This document shows positions 57,000 through 64,000 of a stretch of 64,000 bases of DNA, in pieces. The translations under genes and the position numbers were made by a program. The notes under the pieces were generated by a model. It was not told the DNA's origin. It made no database searches and was given only the letters and a program-made list of their open reading frames with translations. Location: positions 496,001 to 560,000 of the forward strand of contig JAHLTZ010000004.1 in the NCBI GenBank assembly GCA_025786725.1. Direction: 5' to 3'. Origin of the DNA: Syncephalis fuscata S228. Its lineage: Eukaryota; Fungi; Zoopagomycota. The stretch's first letter is position 1, and each line of letters opens with the position of its first letter.

Positions 57000-57691
57000 T
57001 TAAATAATACTATCCTTGTGTGTTTTACAAGTACAATTAAGAAGCTGATTATGTAAATCTTCACATTCATGCTCCTTTGCCTCTAGTCTTGTTTGTAGTG
57101 TAAGTATCTGCGCTTTAAGCTGCTTTTCTTTCTCCTCCGTTTTCATTTCAACCGTGAGTGCTACTGCATCCATTACTCTAAGAACTCGCCAGAATCGCAA
57201 TATAATTATTAGCGAAGCTGCTTCACGGGCTTACCCTTCAGTATTATTTCGGATACTAGTGAGCCGGCAATAGCACACGCATCTAGCATGTGTAGCCAGG
57301 AGGCAAAATAACGTAGACCAAAGGCATACAAATTCAGCAGTTGTTCAAAGGCAAATAGGCAAACGACGGCAAACGACAATTCAGACAGTATCTTGACGGC
57401 AATATGAGCTTCCCAGTCGTCTCTTTCAAACAATGAAATCAAAATTTCGATTAGAACAAAAACGAGATCGAGCACAACAAGTACAAGCACAATAACGTGC
57501 GCTTTGCGGGTTTCCAGTATCTGGGCAAGCTTACGTCGCAGCGGCAAATGCTGGTCCGAATTAGAGGCTGTCGTGGCATCCTCTAGCTCGGCAGAAGATG
57601 GCATATCGATGATACCATGAGATACTACCGGCTTTTCGATAGCAGATAAAAGTGGTGTATGAGCAGTGCTGGATTCCCAGTCTGAAGACAT
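57000..57691 (-). CDS. Voltage-gated proton channel Hv1 (1-bp frameshift near 57229)
   Basis: S1 VLVLVVLDLVFVLIE (selectivity Asp); S4 LRFWRVLRV (RxWRxxR); C-terminal coiled coil. Confidence 0.85.
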
Positions 57692-58280
57692 GACAAAATA
57701 ATGGTAGAGAAAAGTTGGTTGCGAAACACGTGGTGATCGCTAATAGTCGTAATGACGTTATGGCAGATCTTCTGTTTTCATGGGCTTTGCGCACAAATAG
57801 GCCGTATAACACGCTTATACTGGATTGACGATTGCTGCCCGACGCCCTCTTGTAACAATAAAAACTTTTACTGAAATAGGATTAAGAACAAATGATGTTC
57901 TATTGGCTGTTTTTTCGAACGTGAGCTGTTACCAAGCAGACAAAACGGAATGGTGTCGTTTATTTCTTTATTTTTTTATTTTGATTAGCCTCTTGTAATT
58001 TGTCTCTTGTTTGTTCTCGTGCACTTAAGGATATAATAGTGGAAGTAAAATTGGCAAATTTCCAACTCCGGCTATAATTTTGTAAGTTCCAGTAATTTAG
58101 CTACATAATCGGAGTTTTATGTTATTACAGCTATGTTGATAATAAAAGAATTTTCAAAAATACACCGTTTTTATTATAAATTTTAAAGATTATTTATTAA
58201 TTAAATCATTTTTTGTTTGCTTTACACTTTATCTGTTTTTGCGATGACAATCACCACAGATCAAACACTCTTTAATAACA

Positions 58281-58925
58281 CATGCTCTTTTTTATAGCTA
58301 TTTCATTAGTATTTTGTATTTGTTTTTCAATAAAAACGTTTATTTCAACATCAACTACTGTTTCAATACTATTAGTACTATTTACACAGCATATTTTTGT
58401 ATTGTATTTTTTAAGTTGTATTTACCACAAGTATATTGTTGGAAGTTTTTTAACAAATAAACATAATTGGCATTGCTTTTAATATTGCTACAATTGACTA
58501 AACTACATATATAAGCAAAGTTTTAAATTAAATTTTGTTACATTTATTGTAATTAACTTTTTTCCATCAGGGATTTTTAGCTTTGTAACTTTTATTATTC
58601 AACAGCATTATAAATACATAGTACTGTTACTCAAATAATCATAAAAATGTCTTTTTATAATACAAGTCATTTTAGTTTACTATCAGAATTTATACAATTA
58701 CAATTTCTGTTATAAATCTGCTGATTTGAGCCATTGTTATAAGCTAAAGTCATTTGATACTAAGCATATTTTTTATTAAGTTGGTATTAAAGCATTTGAC
58801 TAAGCTAATATTTCTATGTCTTTTCTTTTAAAATTACAATTGCCAACAAGTTTAAACTCGTCAATAGTAATCCTCAGTTCTTCGGCACTGGTAAACATAG
58901 TTTTTTTAACTAGTTTGGTAGACAT
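58281..58925 (-). mobile_element. Degenerate dispersed repeat, possible DNA-transposon (MULE/FAR1-like) relic
   Basis: Inverted copy of 16230-16690 with a ~100-bp indel; the adjacent short ORF MFTSAEELRITIDEF loosely resembles the start of a MuDR/FAR1 DNA-binding domain. Confidence 0.35.
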
Positions 58926-59206
58926 TATGGTAATTTTAAAAAAATTGGTGTATTTTTTAAATTCCACTTGATAATATTGCAAGCTAGCCCAATAGCAACA
59001 CACAGCTATTTATTGACCAGCGCATTCAGGTATAGTAAATCAAAAAGCTATTGTCTATTGACTTGGCTACATAAAACTTTAATTTATCAATGAAACCAAT
59101 TTTACGTTCATTCGTTTGGGCTATTCCCATTATATGTCATGATTTTTACAAATCAACATATGATAATAGCTAGAAAATAAGCTATAATATGATCTTTTCG
59201 AAATTG

Positions 59207-61878
<2,672 letters not shown>

Positions 61879-62419
61879 AGTAACTTTTTGTTCTGCTAAT
61901 ACACCGTCGTCTGCTGCTATAGCAAAAACTTGTTGGTAGATAAAAATGCTATCAAATATAGTAGTCCATATCAAAACACAGATGTACATTATCATCGTTA
62001 TGTCGTAATATAACCGTATCGTTGTTTTGTTAGCGTATAAACGTAATAATAATAATAAATTTTCTACGAAATTTACCTGTTAAATGAACAACAGAAAGTG
62101 GCGATTGCGTGATCAATAATTTGTTGTGAAAGATTTATCGATTCAAAAACTCGATGGCCTTTGAAGTTACGCTGTATATGGTTGGATTTTACTTTGGCCC
62201 CCCATTCAACGCAATAAGTCATTTTACGCAATCGACCATAATGATTTGAATGATTGATTCGCGTTTAAACCATCGTTCATTTGAAACATTAATTCACAAC
62301 AAATATTAACGTGATGTAACAACATTGTTATTACCATAAAATAGAATTGATTAAATTTAACAAAACATTGTATTATTAACTACTATTTTAAACATTTAAA
62401 TAGAACTTACATCCGATAT

Positions 62420-64000
62420 CTAAATAGTCCCCTCATAGGAGAAGACTGAACCCGCATCCTTAGCGGTGATTGTGTTGGTCTGAGATGGTCTGGCAAACTC
62501 AGCTGGTCTGCCATTTCCACTTTATATTGATTTGATGATATGAAAAATTCTTACTAGCCATGACATCCTGATTCCACACCACCTGGCAGTTTTAACAGAC
62601 TAAGATGGTTTGTTAAGTATGACCATTTATACTAATATTTTTATTGACTTTTTTTTCTTTCTTGATGGATCACTATTTAATTGTATATACAAGGCGTAGT
62701 TTAGAATAGATGTGTTTACAAGTATTTTATTTAACATTCAATAAACACTCTTGCTTATATACTAAATCTAGTGCTTAAAAGTTTAGTTGTCAATTATAAT
62801 ATCATGTTCTATGCTAATGACATTTTTTTATGCATTGATATCTATTCTCCTTACTTTACCAGTGACATTGTTCTGTAAATATATTTGATTTTATGCAATT
62901 GATTTTTATTCTTTCTTTTATTCCACCACTTGAACAATTCCCTTATCCGTATTTCAATTTGTTCGCAGTCTTTCTATGTACAATGCCACTTGATTTATGG
63001 CTTGTGTATATTACATTGATTATTAATTAAATAAAGATAATCGTTTTTACATTAAACAATTTATTAGTCATTTAATGTAATTTAATAGTAAAATGACTAC
63101 ATTTAATAATATTTACACATTTAAATTAAACTTTTTTTCTATTGAACATGAAACTAGCGTAATTCACATCAGGGTCCAAAATACCCATCAGCATAGATTC
63201 ATTATCCAGTATGCATATATTCAGCACACATATATACTCTATTTACATATATCATCCTCATCCTATTTCACAGTATTATATACTATTCTATTCCATATTA
63301 GATACATTCTATTGTTTATACGTTCTAATAAACTTCATTCATTTCCCTCATTACGTTATATGCACTATAACTTTAACATCGTTTTATACGCTTTCTTACC
63401 GTACATTTATCATTTATATATCATTCTATACTTGCATAGTCTTTCTGTATCAAAAATACATTTATTTTTATTTTAGCTTTATTATTAAAAAAGTTCAACT
63501 AATGTTGGTCATCTTGTTCATGCATATATGCTCAATAACTTAAACATTGCTAATCTCGTTCAACATTGTGTATCCATTATAATGTTTATTATTTTATTAT
63601 ATATTGGCTATACGCTGTCTATAGCCGTTGTCGGTATGGTTCCAACTCTTTTATTAATAAAATTAACATATTGCACTTAGTTTGTTCACTGAGTTATATT
63701 GGTAAAACAAATAATATGAATATGAACGGAGTTCTGTTTTATTGAAATTATTTATAAATAAATTAAGCCATGCCAATTAGTTATGCTTTTAATGTTAATC
63801 AAGCAAGGTGACGGGTATATATAGTAATAACACATACTGTGATGATATATGCATACTGTATAATAAATCTATAATGATGAGTATTTGATGATTGATGTCA
63901 CTCACCACTTGTTCCCATGTTCAGTAGATTGGATGTTATTAAATCTGGTCATTGGCACCCAAATCATACTAAATGGCTAATTTTGCGTCTATTGCAGTTG
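62420..64000 (-). pseudogene. Possible 3' part of a degenerate or unrecognised gene running off the window
   Basis: Spliceable coding-like ends (…LPGGVESGCHG|YGNGRPAEFARPSQTNTITAKDAGSVFSYEGTI*) and a donor site near 63905; intervening frames contain stops. Confidence 0.25.

Noticed and set aside
62420-62640. GC-richer patch resembling a structured ncRNA (RNase MRP, group I intron, riboswitch)
   Set aside because: Partner motifs such as the 3' P4 strand or S element are absent; the minus strand reads better as spliced coding sequence.
63093-63543. Long plus-strand ORFs rich in I/Y/F/L
   Set aside because: Composition is typical of spurious ORFs in AT-rich DNA or the antisense of a degenerate gene; no motifs.

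Overview
AT-rich, gene-dense eukaryotic DNA with many short (mostly ~45-115 nt) GT-AG introns. The gene set and style point to an early-diverging fungus; a Zoopagomycota mycoparasite such as Syncephalis is an inference only. About 23 mostly housekeeping genes are present: eIF3f, RPT5, mitochondrial SerRS, two AVT1-like amino-acid transporters, PEX14, an Lsi2/ArsB-type transporter, an SPX-only protein, BI-1, VMA16, PNKP, an orphan multi-TM receptor-like gene, NUP42/AMO1, a CRAL-TRIO protein, DBP5, PMP3, EMW1/TTC27, RRP3, SDH1, NEDD8, MSC7-like ALDH, an Hv1 proton channel and SelO. Four structures stand out. (1) A compositionally distinct Crinkler (CRN)-type effector gene (Ubl header + P-loop NTPase + restriction-endonuclease-like domain) sits inside a ~7.4-kb AT-rich repeat island bracketed by ~490-bp near-identical direct repeats. 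(2) A ~23-kb segment is bracketed by ~830-bp near-identical inverted repeats; flipping it turns the two transporter paralogues into a direct tandem pair and places SerRS and PNKP head-to-head. (3) An SPX-only gene is divergently paired with an ion-transporter-superfamily permease. (4) A foldback/MITE-like palindrome lies inside the repeat island. Several conserved genes carry single-base deletions that are most likely sequencing errors. Gene boundaries were read by eye and may be off by a few bases; identities are visual estimates, not computed.
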